A stretch of 64,000 nt of DNA from a virus: IMG/VR virus record IMGVR_UViG_3300020056_002272, positions 20,662 through 84,661 of that record; one strand, written 5' to 3'. This document shows positions 21,965 through 32,156 of this stretch, piece by piece; position 1 is the stretch's first letter, and the number at the start of each line of letters is the position of its first letter. Both the position numbers and the translations under genes were made by a program. The notes below the pieces were generated by a model. That model saw only the letters and a program-made list of their open reading frames with translations. It was not told the DNA's origin and searched no databases.

Positions 21965-22802
21965 AAATTTTACAATGCTAGCACAAAACAATGCTAATAA
22001 TTATGTTTTACAGGCGTGCCTTTCTGCAATGAGTATACATGCCTCTAACAAAGATGTTAGTATATGTTTAATAACAAATGATCCAGTCCCGTCTAAATAT
22101 AAAAAATTATTTGATCATATAGTTGAAATACCTTGGGGAGATCATGCAGAGCACGAGGATTGGAAAATAAGCAATCGTTGGAAAATATATCATGCAATAC
22201 CTTATGACGAAACTGTTGTAATTGATACAGATATGCTTGTGTTACAAGATATATCCAGCTGGTTTGATTTTTTGCAAAACTATGATTTATTTTACACTAG
22301 TAAGGTTTATTCATACAGAGGTGAGCTTGTCGACGATACAGTGTATAGACAAGCGTTTAATAAATTCAATTTACCAAACTTATATTCGGGATTTCATTAT
22401 TTCAAAAAAAGCAACTTAGCACATGAATTTTATACATGGCTTGAAATGATAACAAATAATTGGCAGCAATTTTATAAAGCTCATGCCGGCGGTAAAATTT
22501 ATCAAAAAGTTTGTAGTATGGATGTAAGTGCTGCTATTGCAGCAAAAATAATGAATATAGAAAACAAAATTACAAATTCTAATGTAAAATATCCTAGTTT
22601 TACACATATGAAACCTCGTATACAAAATTGGAAAACATATGTTTCTGATAGATGGCAAGATAGAGTTGAACCATATTTAAGTGACGATCTTACAATCAAG
22701 ATTGGTAACTATACACAAACTGGCATTCTACACTACACTGAAAAAGATTTTGTAAGTGAGGAAATTATTCAAGCCTATGAAAAGCATTTAGGAATAAGTT
22801 GA
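21954..22802 (+). CDS. GT-A fold glycosyltransferase-like protein (GT8-like), paralog of previous gene
   Basis: PYDETVVIDTD DxD motif, NLYSGFHYFKK and ILHY motifs. Confidence 0.65.
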   Translation: MATKNFTMLAQNNANNYVLQACLSAMSIHASNKDVSICLITNDPVPSKYKKLFDHIVEIPWGDHAEHEDWKISNRWKIYHAIPYDETVVIDTDMLVLQDISSWFDFLQNYDLFYTSKVYSYRGELVDDTVYRQAFNKFNLPNLYSGFHYFKKSNLAHEFYTWLEMITNNWQQFYKAHAGGKIYQKVCSMDVSAAIAAKIMNIENKITNSNVKYPSFTHMKPRIQNWKTYVSDRWQDRVEPYLSDDLTIKIGNYTQTGILHYTEKDFVSEEIIQAYEKHLGIS

Positions 22803-23365
22803 TGGAAACAGTAAGCATTGTGACTAAAAGATTTATAGTATACGATAACAACGGAACTATTTTATCAATACAGAATTCCGAAGATAAAAATAATAACAAT
22901 CTGGTAGTAGATTTAAAAGAAGTCACTAAGTTCTTAGATGGGTCAGATAGCTTTACAAAATACAGAGTTGAATATGATTTTATAGAAAAAGTTTTTAGAT
23001 TAGTTAGTATGAAGCAATATCAAGAAACCTTTATGCGCGAATCTTTTTTGTATAAAATTCCTACTATAGGAAATGAAAACCCGGATATAAAAGTAATTCA
23101 AGATAATGTAAATTTATGTTGGAAATTAGAAATTGATCCAGAACTTCCTCTTGAATTACAAGGAAAATCTATTAACATTGATCCAAAAACACAATTCTAT
23201 AGTGTAACAAAAAAGAATGATCCTAATGTTTTGTATACTATTCTAAATTTTGACGACTCTTTAGAAATACCGTTTGATTCTAATTTTCAATTTGACAACA
23301 AACAGGTAAGTGTTTATACTATGCGTAAGTTTAATCTATACAAACACGAGGTAATAAATGACTAA
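22802..23365 (+). CDS. Hypothetical protein
   Basis: ORF coupled to both neighbours (TGATG at 22800-22804). Confidence 0.7.
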   Translation: METVSIVTKRFIVYDNNGTILSIQNSEDKNNNNLVVDLKEVTKFLDGSDSFTKYRVEYDFIEKVFRLVSMKQYQETFMRESFLYKIPTIGNENPDIKVIQDNVNLCWKLEIDPELPLELQGKSINIDPKTQFYSVTKKNDPNVLYTILNFDDSLEIPFDSNFQFDNKQVSVYTMRKFNLYKHEVIND

Positions 23366-24278
23366 CACATTCCGTGTAATTGACTACGATATCATTTATT
23401 TAAGCTACGACGAGCCTAACGCTGAGCAAAACTATGCAGATTTGTGCAAAAAAGTTCCGTGGGCCGAACGTATTCACGGCGTAAAAGGCAGCGATAGCGC
23501 CCATAAAGCAGCCGCTGAAAAATCTACAACCGATAGATTTATTACAATTGATGGTGATAACCGTATACATGATTCTTTTTTGACACAGTCGATTGATTTT
23601 GACGAAAATACAGATTTAAGTAACAAAGTTATAAGTTGGACAGCTGATAATATTATTAATGGTTTGCAATACGGTAATGGAGGTATAAAATGCTGGCCGA
23701 AACAGCATGTGTTAAATATGCGCACACACGAAAACGCACCCGATGACAATCCACATGCACAAGTTGATTTTTGTTGGGATACCGAATATGTCCAAATGAA
23801 TGGAACCTTTAGCACTATATATAATAATGCAACACCGCATCAAGCATGGCGTGCCGGTTTCCGGGAAGGTGTAAAAATGGCACTAGATCGAGGTATGCGT
23901 GTTGATGTAGAAGACTTTTACAAAAATCATTGGAAAAACCTGCATCGTTTATACATCTGGCTTATGGTAGGTGCTGATGTTGAAAACGGACGTTGGGCTA
24001 TATACGGAGCGAGAGAAGGTTTGTATAAAACAATGTGCACCGATTGGGATTTTGTAAATGTGCGTGACTTTGACTGGTTAAACACCTTTTGGGATGGCAA
24101 AGATCTTAATGAAGATCAAATGGAAGAAGAAACAATAGAGCTTGGTTATAAATTAATAGAAGAGCTGGATTTGCCTATCGCTGCTGAATCATTAAATGCT
24201 AATCAAAGTGCTTTCTTTAAAACTGTCTATCAAAATCCAGCTCGAGACAATAGCAAAAAGTTTTTAGATAGAGAGTAA
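23358..24278 (+). CDS. Glycosyltransferase-like protein (GT-A, DGD motif)
   Basis: DIIYLSYDEPNA...HGVKG...FITIDGDN...YGNGGIK...WRAGFRE; paralogous to the C-terminus of the 29477 gene. Confidence 0.55.
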   Translation: MTNTFRVIDYDIIYLSYDEPNAEQNYADLCKKVPWAERIHGVKGSDSAHKAAAEKSTTDRFITIDGDNRIHDSFLTQSIDFDENTDLSNKVISWTADNIINGLQYGNGGIKCWPKQHVLNMRTHENAPDDNPHAQVDFCWDTEYVQMNGTFSTIYNNATPHQAWRAGFREGVKMALDRGMRVDVEDFYKNHWKNLHRLYIWLMVGADVENGRWAIYGAREGLYKTMCTDWDFVNVRDFDWLNTFWDGKDLNEDQMEEETIELGYKLIEELDLPIAAESLNANQSAFFKTVYQNPARDNSKKFLDRE

Positions 24279-24281
24279 AAA

Positions 24282-25655
24282 ATGAAACGTAGCGAAAGCG
24301 AAGAAATAAAGCGCATTGATGGTATAACAAAAGAAATATCACCTACGTTTTGTTTTGCAAAATGGTATCATGCCAACATATATTTTCAAACAGGTGAAAC
24401 ACATAGTTGTTATCACCCTGCTCCCCATAAGATTGATATCGAAGCATTAAAAGATAATCCTAGTGCAATTCACAATACAGCACAAAAGAAAGAAGAACGT
24501 GCTGCTATGTTACGTGGAGAACAACCAAAAGGCTGTCAGTATTGTTGGAATATAGAAAATATGGGAGCTGATTACATAAGCGATAGAAAACAACGCAATC
24601 AAAGTATATTTTTTAAAGACAGATTAGCAGCAGTAAAAGAAGGCGGTGCCGAATTTGATGTAAATCCTGAATATTTAGAAGTGTCGTTTGGCAACGAGTG
24701 TAACTTTCGTTGCGGATACTGCCATCCAAAAGCCAGCAGCAGATATTATCAAGAAATAAAACAACACGGCCCATATGATATGGTAAAAAATCATAGATGT
24801 GACATTGATTGGTTTAACATTTACCCAGAAGAAAACAATCCATATTTAGAAGCATTTTGGCGGTGGTGGCCCGAATTAAGTAAAGAACTTACCATTTTAC
24901 GTATTACAGGCGGCGAACCTACTATACAACAAAGCACTTATAGATTATTTGACATGCTGGATGCAGATCCTAAGCCAGACTTAGAACTTAATTGTAACAG
25001 CAACTTAGGTGGCAAACCAAAACAGTTAGAAAAGTTTACAAACCGTGTAAACGACTTGTTGACAAACAACAAGATTAGACGATTCAAAATGTTTACAAGT
25101 ATTGACACTTGGGGCAAACGTGCAGAGTATATACGTGACGGATTAGACATTGAAGTGTTTGAGCGTAATTTAGATTACTTTATGCGAAACACCAATGCTC
25201 CTATGACACTTATGATTACATTTAATATCTTTAGCGTCACTACATTTCGCACACTACTAGAAAAGATACTTGAATGGCGTGGAAAGTATAACGATATAGA
25301 AACATATCGTTGGCAGCGGTTAGGATTTGACACGCCTTATCTGAAAGAACCACTACAATACGATATCAACATATTGCCAAAAAGTTACATGACTTACATG
25401 CAAGACCATTTACAGTTTATTAAAGAAAATGTCGATGATAGTCGTAAAGATGCATTTAGCACTATTGAGTATGAAAAGTTTCGACGTGTAGTAGATTATA
25501 TGGAGACTACAGAATATCCATTACACAAAATTATACAAGGCAGAACAGATTTTTATAAATTTTTTACTGAACAAGATAAACGCCGTGGTAATAATTTTTC
25601 CACAGCGTTTCCTGAAATGTTTGAATTTTTTAAACTTTGTAAAGAATACACTTAA
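24282..25655 (+). CDS. Radical SAM protein with N-terminal auxiliary Fe-S (twitch-like) domain
   Basis: CNFRCGYC, ITGGEP, N-terminal FC..SC..CQYC. Confidence 0.9.
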   Translation: MKRSESEEIKRIDGITKEISPTFCFAKWYHANIYFQTGETHSCYHPAPHKIDIEALKDNPSAIHNTAQKKEERAAMLRGEQPKGCQYCWNIENMGADYISDRKQRNQSIFFKDRLAAVKEGGAEFDVNPEYLEVSFGNECNFRCGYCHPKASSRYYQEIKQHGPYDMVKNHRCDIDWFNIYPEENNPYLEAFWRWWPELSKELTILRITGGEPTIQQSTYRLFDMLDADPKPDLELNCNSNLGGKPKQLEKFTNRVNDLLTNNKIRRFKMFTSIDTWGKRAEYIRDGLDIEVFERNLDYFMRNTNAPMTLMITFNIFSVTTFRTLLEKILEWRGKYNDIETYRWQRLGFDTPYLKEPLQYDINILPKSYMTYMQDHLQFIKENVDDSRKDAFSTIEYEKFRRVVDYMETTEYPLHKIIQGRTDFYKFFTEQDKRRGNNFSTAFPEMFEFFKLCKEYT

Positions 25656-26257
25656 AGATTCAGAGGAAGTGCAGCTTCTGCCTCAGGCCAACGCTCATCT
25701 TCCATTTCTTTGTAATATGCGTCAACTTTAAATTTCCAAAAACTTTGAAACGTTCCTCTGTATTCTAATTCGATAGGATCTTCTAAAAAGCCTTGTTTTC
25801 GCCATTCTGGTGCCCATCGTGTATGCACTGCTCTTTGTTTAGCTATAGGACTTGCATGAGTGCTTATGTATAAGGGATTATCTCTGCCACAGTGTTCTAT
25901 ACATGCCGGAATTAAAAATTGAGCACTAGGATGGTCATGCGGCCTAGGAGCATTTCTAAGATTTCGCATTGAAGTGTGCAAACGATCACCTTGCACAAGA
26001 TGTGATAATACACAGATTCTTGCGCCTATACGGTAAGAATTTTTTCCTAATATTTCTAACCCTTTTAATCTATGACTTACTACTGTTCCTATTATATTGT
26101 TATTGTTGTAAAGCAAGAAAAGTGTTGCTTCTTCCTCGTTTTTTAAGGCAGAAAGCAACATGTTAGGATCACTATTATTGTAGTATCTTTTCTTTTCTGC
26201 TTCTGCCATAAAGTTTGTTAAATCTTGCGAGCCGTCATAGGTTTCAATTTTCCACAT
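25652..26257 (-). CDS. Hypothetical protein, possible GNAT-fold acyltransferase
   Basis: LFLLY....IIG..V....YRIGARICV strand pattern is compatible with GNAT, but there is no decisive motif. Confidence 0.4.
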   Translation of the reverse strand: MWKIETYDGSQDLTNFMAEAEKKRYYNNSDPNMLLSALKNEEEATLFLLYNNNNIIGTVVSHRLKGLEILGKNSYRIGARICVLSHLVQGDRLHTSMRNLRNAPRPHDHPSAQFLIPACIEHCGRDNPLYISTHASPIAKQRAVHTRWAPEWRKQGFLEDPIELEYRGTFQSFWKFKVDAYYKEMEDERWPEAEAALPLNL

Positions 26258-27326
26258 AATTTTCCTTTAGGGGTAATTTAAATTCTTTGTTTTGCATTGC
26301 ATTTACAACAAATGTAATACGGTCTATATAACTGTCGATAAAAGGCTGTTGCAAATAAGGCATCCAAGGATCCTCTTGCAAATGTGTGTAATCGTATTGA
26401 TAACGTAAACACAATCTATTATCGGTGCTGCCTAAGCGTCTATGCTGTGTAATGCTATTATCAAACAAACACAAATCGCCGTCTTGCTGATACCAATGGT
26501 CGTAAATATATTCATCTACTTCCAGTTCGTTTTTTATTTTTTCAAGCACTTTACGAGCTTCGTTATCGCTCATGCCTTTGATACCTGTAACGGTATTAAA
26601 ACTGTAATGTAACCCTTTGTGTCCACCTGGACTGCGTATTACCATAGGTATTTCTGCATCTGGGTCTGGAGCCATGTTTTTATACATCAAGTTATCTTGA
26701 GCACTGTTTAATCCAGGATTAATTTTACCTGGAGTAAAGTTATGCAACACAACCATTTCGTCTAATTCGCTGCGAAAACTTTCACTTACATTTTGATAGT
26801 AATCTACAGTTGTCAAAAATCCAGTTGCACTTGCAGTGGTGCCTTCCATGCCCAAAAGAGCAACGCCTGGAGCAAATGCAATGTTACCGCTTTCGTTGCT
26901 GTGCCATAATAATTCTCCTTCTGCAAACATGCCTATAGGATTACCGTATTCATCCTTTTTACCGCTAACACGTATAATGTTACCCATGTCCTGTCCCACA
27001 CCTTCTCTAACACGGAAGAATCCCCATATACTGTTACGATCGTCTTCGCTTACATCAGGATGTGTCATAATACTATCTAGCTTGCCATTCCACCATGGAT
27101 ACTTTTGAAAAAGCAAACCCCAAAAGGTCATACGATCCTTGCCCCATTTTCTCATCCATTTATAATAGTTGTTTTTGTCAAGATTGGCTCCTCGTATGAT
27201 AGTAACCATTTCTTGTAGATGTATTTTACCTATTTCCATCCACTGATCATCTGACATATTATTAAAGTCAACATCGTCTATGTATACGCCAAAACTTCCG
27301 CATCCTGGTATTTTACTTATTCTCAT
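26244..27326 (-). CDS. TauD/TfdA-family Fe(II)/2-oxoglutarate dioxygenase
   Basis: FGV.I..VD N-terminus, LLWHSN, H.Y..GDL.LFDN..TQHRR C-terminal motif. Confidence 0.85.
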   Translation of the reverse strand: MRISKIPGCGSFGVYIDDVDFNNMSDDQWMEIGKIHLQEMVTIIRGANLDKNNYYKWMRKWGKDRMTFWGLLFQKYPWWNGKLDSIMTHPDVSEDDRNSIWGFFRVREGVGQDMGNIIRVSGKKDEYGNPIGMFAEGELLWHSNESGNIAFAPGVALLGMEGTTASATGFLTTVDYYQNVSESFRSELDEMVVLHNFTPGKINPGLNSAQDNLMYKNMAPDPDAEIPMVIRSPGGHKGLHYSFNTVTGIKGMSDNEARKVLEKIKNELEVDEYIYDHWYQQDGDLCLFDNSITQHRRLGSTDNRLCLRYQYDYTHLQEDPWMPYLQQPFIDSYIDRITFVVNAMQNKEFKLPLKENYVEN

Positions 27327-27969
27327 TTAATCTCTCCTTTGTCCTGATCAGCCATTTGAAATAATATTCTAGTTGTTTTTCATTACGTGGCCCGTCTAGC
27401 AATTCTATAGAACCTATGTAATTATCTGGATTAAAGAAGTCTGCGATATCTATTGAGTAATCTGCTTCGGGTGTAAAGTTAACAGGAACCAACTTATCCC
27501 ATTTTTCTCTATTTGTATAATAACGTGTGTTAAATCCAATATTATACTTTTCCATATCTGTTTCGTTTGTTAGACCAGAATAATATGTAATGACATTTTC
27601 TAATAATAAATTTCTCATTACAGGCTTGTAAGTTATGCCTACAGTTTTTGCATAATCTCCAAAATGCTTTTTTATTATGCGGGCTTGTTTACTTTTAAAA
27701 TTTCCTATCCAAATCTTTTTATCTGATTTTTCTAATAATGACTCGATTTCGCCTAAGCGGTCAGTCCAATCTATATCTCTAAATGTCATTGGATTATTGT
27801 CTGTAAAATCTAATACATATTGTTCGTGATTATTATGTATTAGATGCCCGGTGCTAGTTATGTCAGGAGTGCATGGCTGCACCCAATCATCACTCCAACC
27901 TGCTAGTGTGTTTATGAAAACATCGCAAATTGTTCCGTAAGGGCATATGCCAAAATAAAGTTTACTCAT
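27313..27969 (-). CDS. Hypothetical protein
   Basis: 218-aa ORF with AAGGA RBS and its own promoter. Confidence 0.75.
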   Translation of the reverse strand: MSKLYFGICPYGTICDVFINTLAGWSDDWVQPCTPDITSTGHLIHNNHEQYVLDFTDNNPMTFRDIDWTDRLGEIESLLEKSDKKIWIGNFKSKQARIIKKHFGDYAKTVGITYKPVMRNLLLENVITYYSGLTNETDMEKYNIGFNTRYYTNREKWDKLVPVNFTPEADYSIDIADFFNPDNYIGSIELLDGPRNEKQLEYYFKWLIRTKERLNENK

Positions 27970-27987
27970 TGTTGATCCTTTTTATTC

Positions 27988-28016
27988 AGTATAGCATAAA
28001 AAAGATATATAAGCAA
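27988..28016 (-). promoter_or_regulatory. Sigma70-type promoter (TTGCTT-17-TATACT, extended -10)
   Basis: Minus-strand -35 at 28016-28011 and -10 at 27993-27988, with TG; drives the 27969-25652 inverted cassette. Confidence 0.65.
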
Positions 28017-28021
28017 CCTTT

Positions 28022-29401
28022 TTAGTGTAAATCAACCCATTCTATGCCAGTAAATCCCTGGAATTTTGAACTATTTACATTAAAAATTATCATTCCTGGC
28101 TCTGCTGCCATGCCGTCTCTTTGAGCAAATGTTGTTCCTTGTGCTTTAAAAATAGGAACTTCTAATACCCCGTCTGAACCAAAAACCAATCTATTTTCAT
28201 CAGTGAAACTAGGTATTTTATTGCCGTCACTTAAACTAATGCCAAATTTGCTAGGTATATATGGGTTGTCTTGGTTATGAGGTTTTGTAGAATCTACATA
28301 TACACCAAAAGCACCGCCTAGTTTTGTGTTAATACCATCATATCCGTTTGCTCCAAACACTGCTAATCCGTCATTGCCTGCAACTGGTTGCGGCGCATCC
28401 AAATATCCTTTGTGCGCATTTATATGTATCATAGCCTCATGCTGTTTTGTTTGCAAGTTAAATACAATATTTTTGCCAGTAACAGTCAATTCTTCATAAC
28501 CGTATTCGCCTATTTGTATCCAATTGTTTGTAGCAAGTAGATTAGTCTTGTTTTCTCCAGTTAGCATTATTTGGTTTAAACTATTACATACTTCACCTTG
28601 CAGTTTGCCTTTAAACGTAGCTTTATGATCTATTGTTTCAAGGGTGTTAATTTCAACTACTGTGGTGCCATCTGGATGAACAATATCTCCAAATATTTTT
28701 GCAGTCTGTGCCGCTACATCAATGATAGGTGTGCCGTCTTTTTGATCAGGATGAACTATACCTCCAATCCAAACAGGCTCGTCGTTTATGATAGCAGTAA
28801 GAGGAACGCCTTCTTCCCTATACAGAAATCCTTCTACATCGCCTATCATCTTACCATTGTGGATACCATGACTATCACCGATTAAATTACCATGAACTGT
28901 TCCTACAACATCGGCCTCTACACTACCTGTTATTACGCCCTGGAATGTTCCGCTAAAGTCGCCTTGCAGATGATTCCCTTCGGCTAAACTGCCATAAAAA
29001 TCTCCGTATAGATCGCCTTCAATACGTGCTGCGTATATTGAATAGTTCTCAATGTCAACTATCAAATCGCCAGCACTTCCTAGTATATTACCCTTTACAT
29101 CCCCGTGGATCAACCCTAGATGACTATCGACTAATATACTATCGTCAATGCCAATGACATCTCCTTTAAGATTTATTTCTGCTAATTTACCATCTATATC
29201 GATTATAGTGTCTGCAGATGCATTTTCAATGTTACCTATAAGAGGACCGTATAATTTACCCTCGCCTGTATCTACCATGACAAGTCCATCTACAGATACT
29301 ACATCTCCGCGTATTTGACTAGACCAACTATCAACAATAATGCTGCTATCGGCACCTACTATGTCAATTCTATATGCATCTCCTGGGGTAAAATCGGTCA
29401 T
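28022..29401 (-). CDS. Fibre-like virion protein with G-x-x-x-G repeats
   Basis: Start reassigned to ATG29401 (AGGAG RBS). Repeated GDV...D...+VD units. The C-terminal TTFAQRDGM.AEPGMIIFN...FQG..W motif is shared with the 51917 gene. Confidence 0.6.
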   Translation of the reverse strand: MTDFTPGDAYRIDIVGADSSIIVDSWSSQIRGDVVSVDGLVMVDTGEGKLYGPLIGNIENASADTIIDIDGKLAEINLKGDVIGIDDSILVDSHLGLIHGDVKGNILGSAGDLIVDIENYSIYAARIEGDLYGDFYGSLAEGNHLQGDFSGTFQGVITGSVEADVVGTVHGNLIGDSHGIHNGKMIGDVEGFLYREEGVPLTAIINDEPVWIGGIVHPDQKDGTPIIDVAAQTAKIFGDIVHPDGTTVVEINTLETIDHKATFKGKLQGEVCNSLNQIMLTGENKTNLLATNNWIQIGEYGYEELTVTGKNIVFNLQTKQHEAMIHINAHKGYLDAPQPVAGNDGLAVFGANGYDGINTKLGGAFGVYVDSTKPHNQDNPYIPSKFGISLSDGNKIPSFTDENRLVFGSDGVLEVPIFKAQGTTFAQRDGMAAEPGMIIFNVNSSKFQGFTGIEWVDLH

Positions 29402-29420
29402 TTTTATTCTCCTGTGCATA

Positions 29421-29428
29421 TATTTATC
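29421..29428 (-). promoter_or_regulatory. T4-late-like promoter motif GATAAATA
   Basis: Upstream of the fibre-like gene, back-to-back with a sigma70 promoter. Confidence 0.6.
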
Positions 29429-29440
29429 ATATTTCGAATC

Positions 29441-29469
29441 TTGACAAGAATAATATTTTCTACTATAAT
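29441..29469 (+). promoter_or_regulatory. Sigma70-type promoter, perfect consensus (leaderless transcript)
   Basis: TTGACA(29441-46)-17-TATAAT(29464-69); ATG at 29477 with no SD. Confidence 0.85.
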
Positions 29470-29476
29470 TACTAAT

Positions 29477-31126
29477 ATGTATGACGTTTATTTAATTGCA
29501 GATAAAAATTTCTATAAAGACGAATTTTTGCTGTTGAAAAATAAAATTCCAATGTTAAAATGTGTAAGTTCAGTTGAGCAAGCACAAAAGAGTTGTATTA
29601 CAAAGTTCTTTTGGGCAGTGTATCCTGACTTGGATATTTGTGAAGATTTTAATTTTGACTATGTTCCTGATGACTGGAGTCAGGATTATGTCCATGTTTT
29701 TTTAAACGGTGACAATTATGATGGTATTAGTTTAATACCAAAAAAAGCAGCGATATCTCAAAAGGAAATTGATTACAGGTTCTTTGTAAATAAAAAATTT
29801 ATTGAAGTTGTAGCTAGTAATCCAAAACCATATGATTGTTTCAAAATAGACAATTATGATGATTATTGCTATGCGCTAGAAAATTCAAAAACAGAAATGT
29901 TTTGGGGAACAAGTGCAAATATCGATACTAGTGGTTTTGCATTTGATATGTATTTTGCATACAACAATCAATATGACAGAAAAACAAATCATGCTTTTAT
30001 ACATTTGGTAAATGATAAAAAATTATTCAACGGAGTATTTCTATTTTCAAAAAAAGCAAAAGTCTCAAAGCGGGAAATAGAACATAGATTTATTGCTCGT
30101 AGAAAAGAATGGGATATTGTAGCAAGCACTCCAAAATTTTATGATAAATTCATAGTTGATACACACACAGAATATTTACATGCATTAGAAAATACTACAA
30201 CAGAATTGTTTTATACAATACCTACCACCGTAGAAGTAAATACCAATTTTAAATTTGACACATACTTTGAACATTCTAATGTATATGATAGAAATGCACA
30301 CCATGCTTATTTGAATGGCAAATATAATGATGGTATAATTTTGTGTAGCAAGCACACCACTATTACTGAAAGAGAATGGCAATACAGATTTTTTGCAGGC
30401 AAAAAAGACAACGATATAGTTGCTAGTCGTCCAAAGCCATATGATATAGTTTTTATAAGTTATCAAGAACCTAATGCAGATGAAAATTTTGAAAATCTTA
30501 TGAATAGATTTCCTCATCGTGTTATACACAGAGTGCATGGTATCAAAGGTATTCATCAAGCACATATTGAAGCAGCCAAAATATGTGACACTCCAATGGT
30601 ATGGATTGTGGATGGTGATGCTTGCATAGAGGAGGGGTTTAATTTTGAATACCAAGTTCCAGTTTGGCAATACAGCAATGTTCATGTTTGGCGTAGTAAA
30701 AATCCTATTAATGGGCTTGTTTACGGGTATGGAGGTGTAAAATTGTTTCCAAAACAGCTTACCATGGACATGGATACAAATGCACTAGATATGACAACAA
30801 GCATTAGTGATAAATTTATCGAAGTAAACGAAATTAGTAATACAACTAATTTTGCCACGGGAAAGTTTGAAACATGGAAAAGTGCGTTTAGAGAATGTTG
30901 TAAACTTTCTAGTAGATCAATTGATCGGCAAGAAGATATCGAAACACAGCAAAGATTAGAAATATGGACTACAGTAGGTGCTGATAAACCTTATGGCGAT
31001 GCAGCAATCAATGGTGCTATTCATGGAAAAAAATATGGCGAAAACAATAAAGGAAATACACAAGCATTGAAAAAAATTAATGACTTTGATTGGTTAGAGG
31101 AATATTACAATGATGCAAATTTATAA
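29477..31126 (+). CDS. Repeat-expanded glycosyltransferase-like protein
   Basis: Start reassigned from 29315 to 29477. Three degenerate ~100-aa repeats ending in VAS.PK.YD, then a DGD-motif domain paralogous to the 23358 gene. Confidence 0.6.
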   Translation: MYDVYLIADKNFYKDEFLLLKNKIPMLKCVSSVEQAQKSCITKFFWAVYPDLDICEDFNFDYVPDDWSQDYVHVFLNGDNYDGISLIPKKAAISQKEIDYRFFVNKKFIEVVASNPKPYDCFKIDNYDDYCYALENSKTEMFWGTSANIDTSGFAFDMYFAYNNQYDRKTNHAFIHLVNDKKLFNGVFLFSKKAKVSKREIEHRFIARRKEWDIVASTPKFYDKFIVDTHTEYLHALENTTTELFYTIPTTVEVNTNFKFDTYFEHSNVYDRNAHHAYLNGKYNDGIILCSKHTTITEREWQYRFFAGKKDNDIVASRPKPYDIVFISYQEPNADENFENLMNRFPHRVIHRVHGIKGIHQAHIEAAKICDTPMVWIVDGDACIEEGFNFEYQVPVWQYSNVHVWRSKNPINGLVYGYGGVKLFPKQLTMDMDTNALDMTTSISDKFIEVNEISNTTNFATGKFETWKSAFRECCKLSSRSIDRQEDIETQQRLEIWTTVGADKPYGDAAINGAIHGKKYGENNKGNTQALKKINDFDWLEEYYNDANL

Positions 31127-32156
31127 AATACTAGATAGGTTTGAATTACTTTATCCGGATGATGAGCGGGTAAGTAATTTACGCAGGGCTTATGTAGATA
31201 GAGATTTGTATACGATCTTTAAAATAGTAGATGCACCTGAAGATTTGCGTAAAGCCATACTAGAAAAAAATATGCACAGCCTTTTTAGAATTATTGGCGA
31301 CCAGCAAATTAGCGGCAGTGCCGATGACTTAAGAGCAGCAGTTATAGATCAAAATATGTATGCTATTTTTAGGTTATTGTCCGACGCAGATGATTTAAAA
31401 AAGGCTGTGTGTAATGATAATATACACAGTATCTATAGATTGATCAATGCCGGAGATATTGCAAAAATAATCGAATATGATAATTATTGGGTGCTTTTTG
31501 ATACTCTGCAGGAATATACAAAAAGCCAGTTTGTAGCTGCATTTAGATATATGTATAACGAAAAAATTGAGTTTGAAGAAGACTGTTTCAGTAGAGGACA
31601 GTTAGAAAGCAAACTTTGGCTTATTAATGAATTAGTTAAGGCTGATTTAGATCTAGGTGTAATATTTTTATGCGCAGGATGGTATGGCACATTGGCCACT
31701 ATGATGTTTGAAAATAATTTAAAATTTGAAAAAATAAGAAATTTTGATATTGATCCAACAACTGAAAAAATTGCAGAAATCTTTAATAGTCCGTGGGTTA
31801 TTGATGGTTGGAAATTTAAACACGTAGAGCAAGATATACATGATATCGACTTTGAAGAACATTGCTATACTGTTTCAAAGGGCGAAAATGACTTTGAAGC
31901 CTTATGGGATTCTCCAGACACAATTATAAATACTAGTTGTGAACATATTGAAAATTTTAGTGATTGGTATGGTAAAATTCCTAAAGGTAAGTTAGTTGTT
32001 TTACAGTCAAACGATTATATGGACATAGAGGAACATGTCAATTGTTCACCTTCATTAAAAGATTTTAGTATATCTACGCCAATGGAGACAGTAATTTATG
32101 AAGGAGAACTTGGGTTGCATAATTATACAAGGTTTATGAAAATTGGATACAAATAA
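31110..32156 (+). CDS. SAM-dependent methyltransferase-like protein with N-terminal helical repeats
   Basis: IFLCAGWYG motif-I-like, NFDIDP, INTSCEH; N-terminal DL+.A+...N+..+FR++ repeats. Confidence 0.6.
   Translation: MMQIYKILDRFELLYPDDERVSNLRRAYVDRDLYTIFKIVDAPEDLRKAILEKNMHSLFRIIGDQQISGSADDLRAAVIDQNMYAIFRLLSDADDLKKAVCNDNIHSIYRLINAGDIAKIIEYDNYWVLFDTLQEYTKSQFVAAFRYMYNEKIEFEEDCFSRGQLESKLWLINELVKADLDLGVIFLCAGWYGTLATMMFENNLKFEKIRNFDIDPTTEKIAEIFNSPWVIDGWKFKHVEQDIHDIDFEEHCYTVSKGENDFEALWDSPDTIINTSCEHIENFSDWYGKIPKGKLVVLQSNDYMDIEEHVNCSPSLKDFSISTPMETVIYEGELGLHNYTRFMKIGYK

Noticed and set aside
29315-29476. N-terminal extension of the 603-aa ORF
   Set aside because: It overlaps the divergent gene and spans both promoters. 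ATG29477 fits the promoter position.
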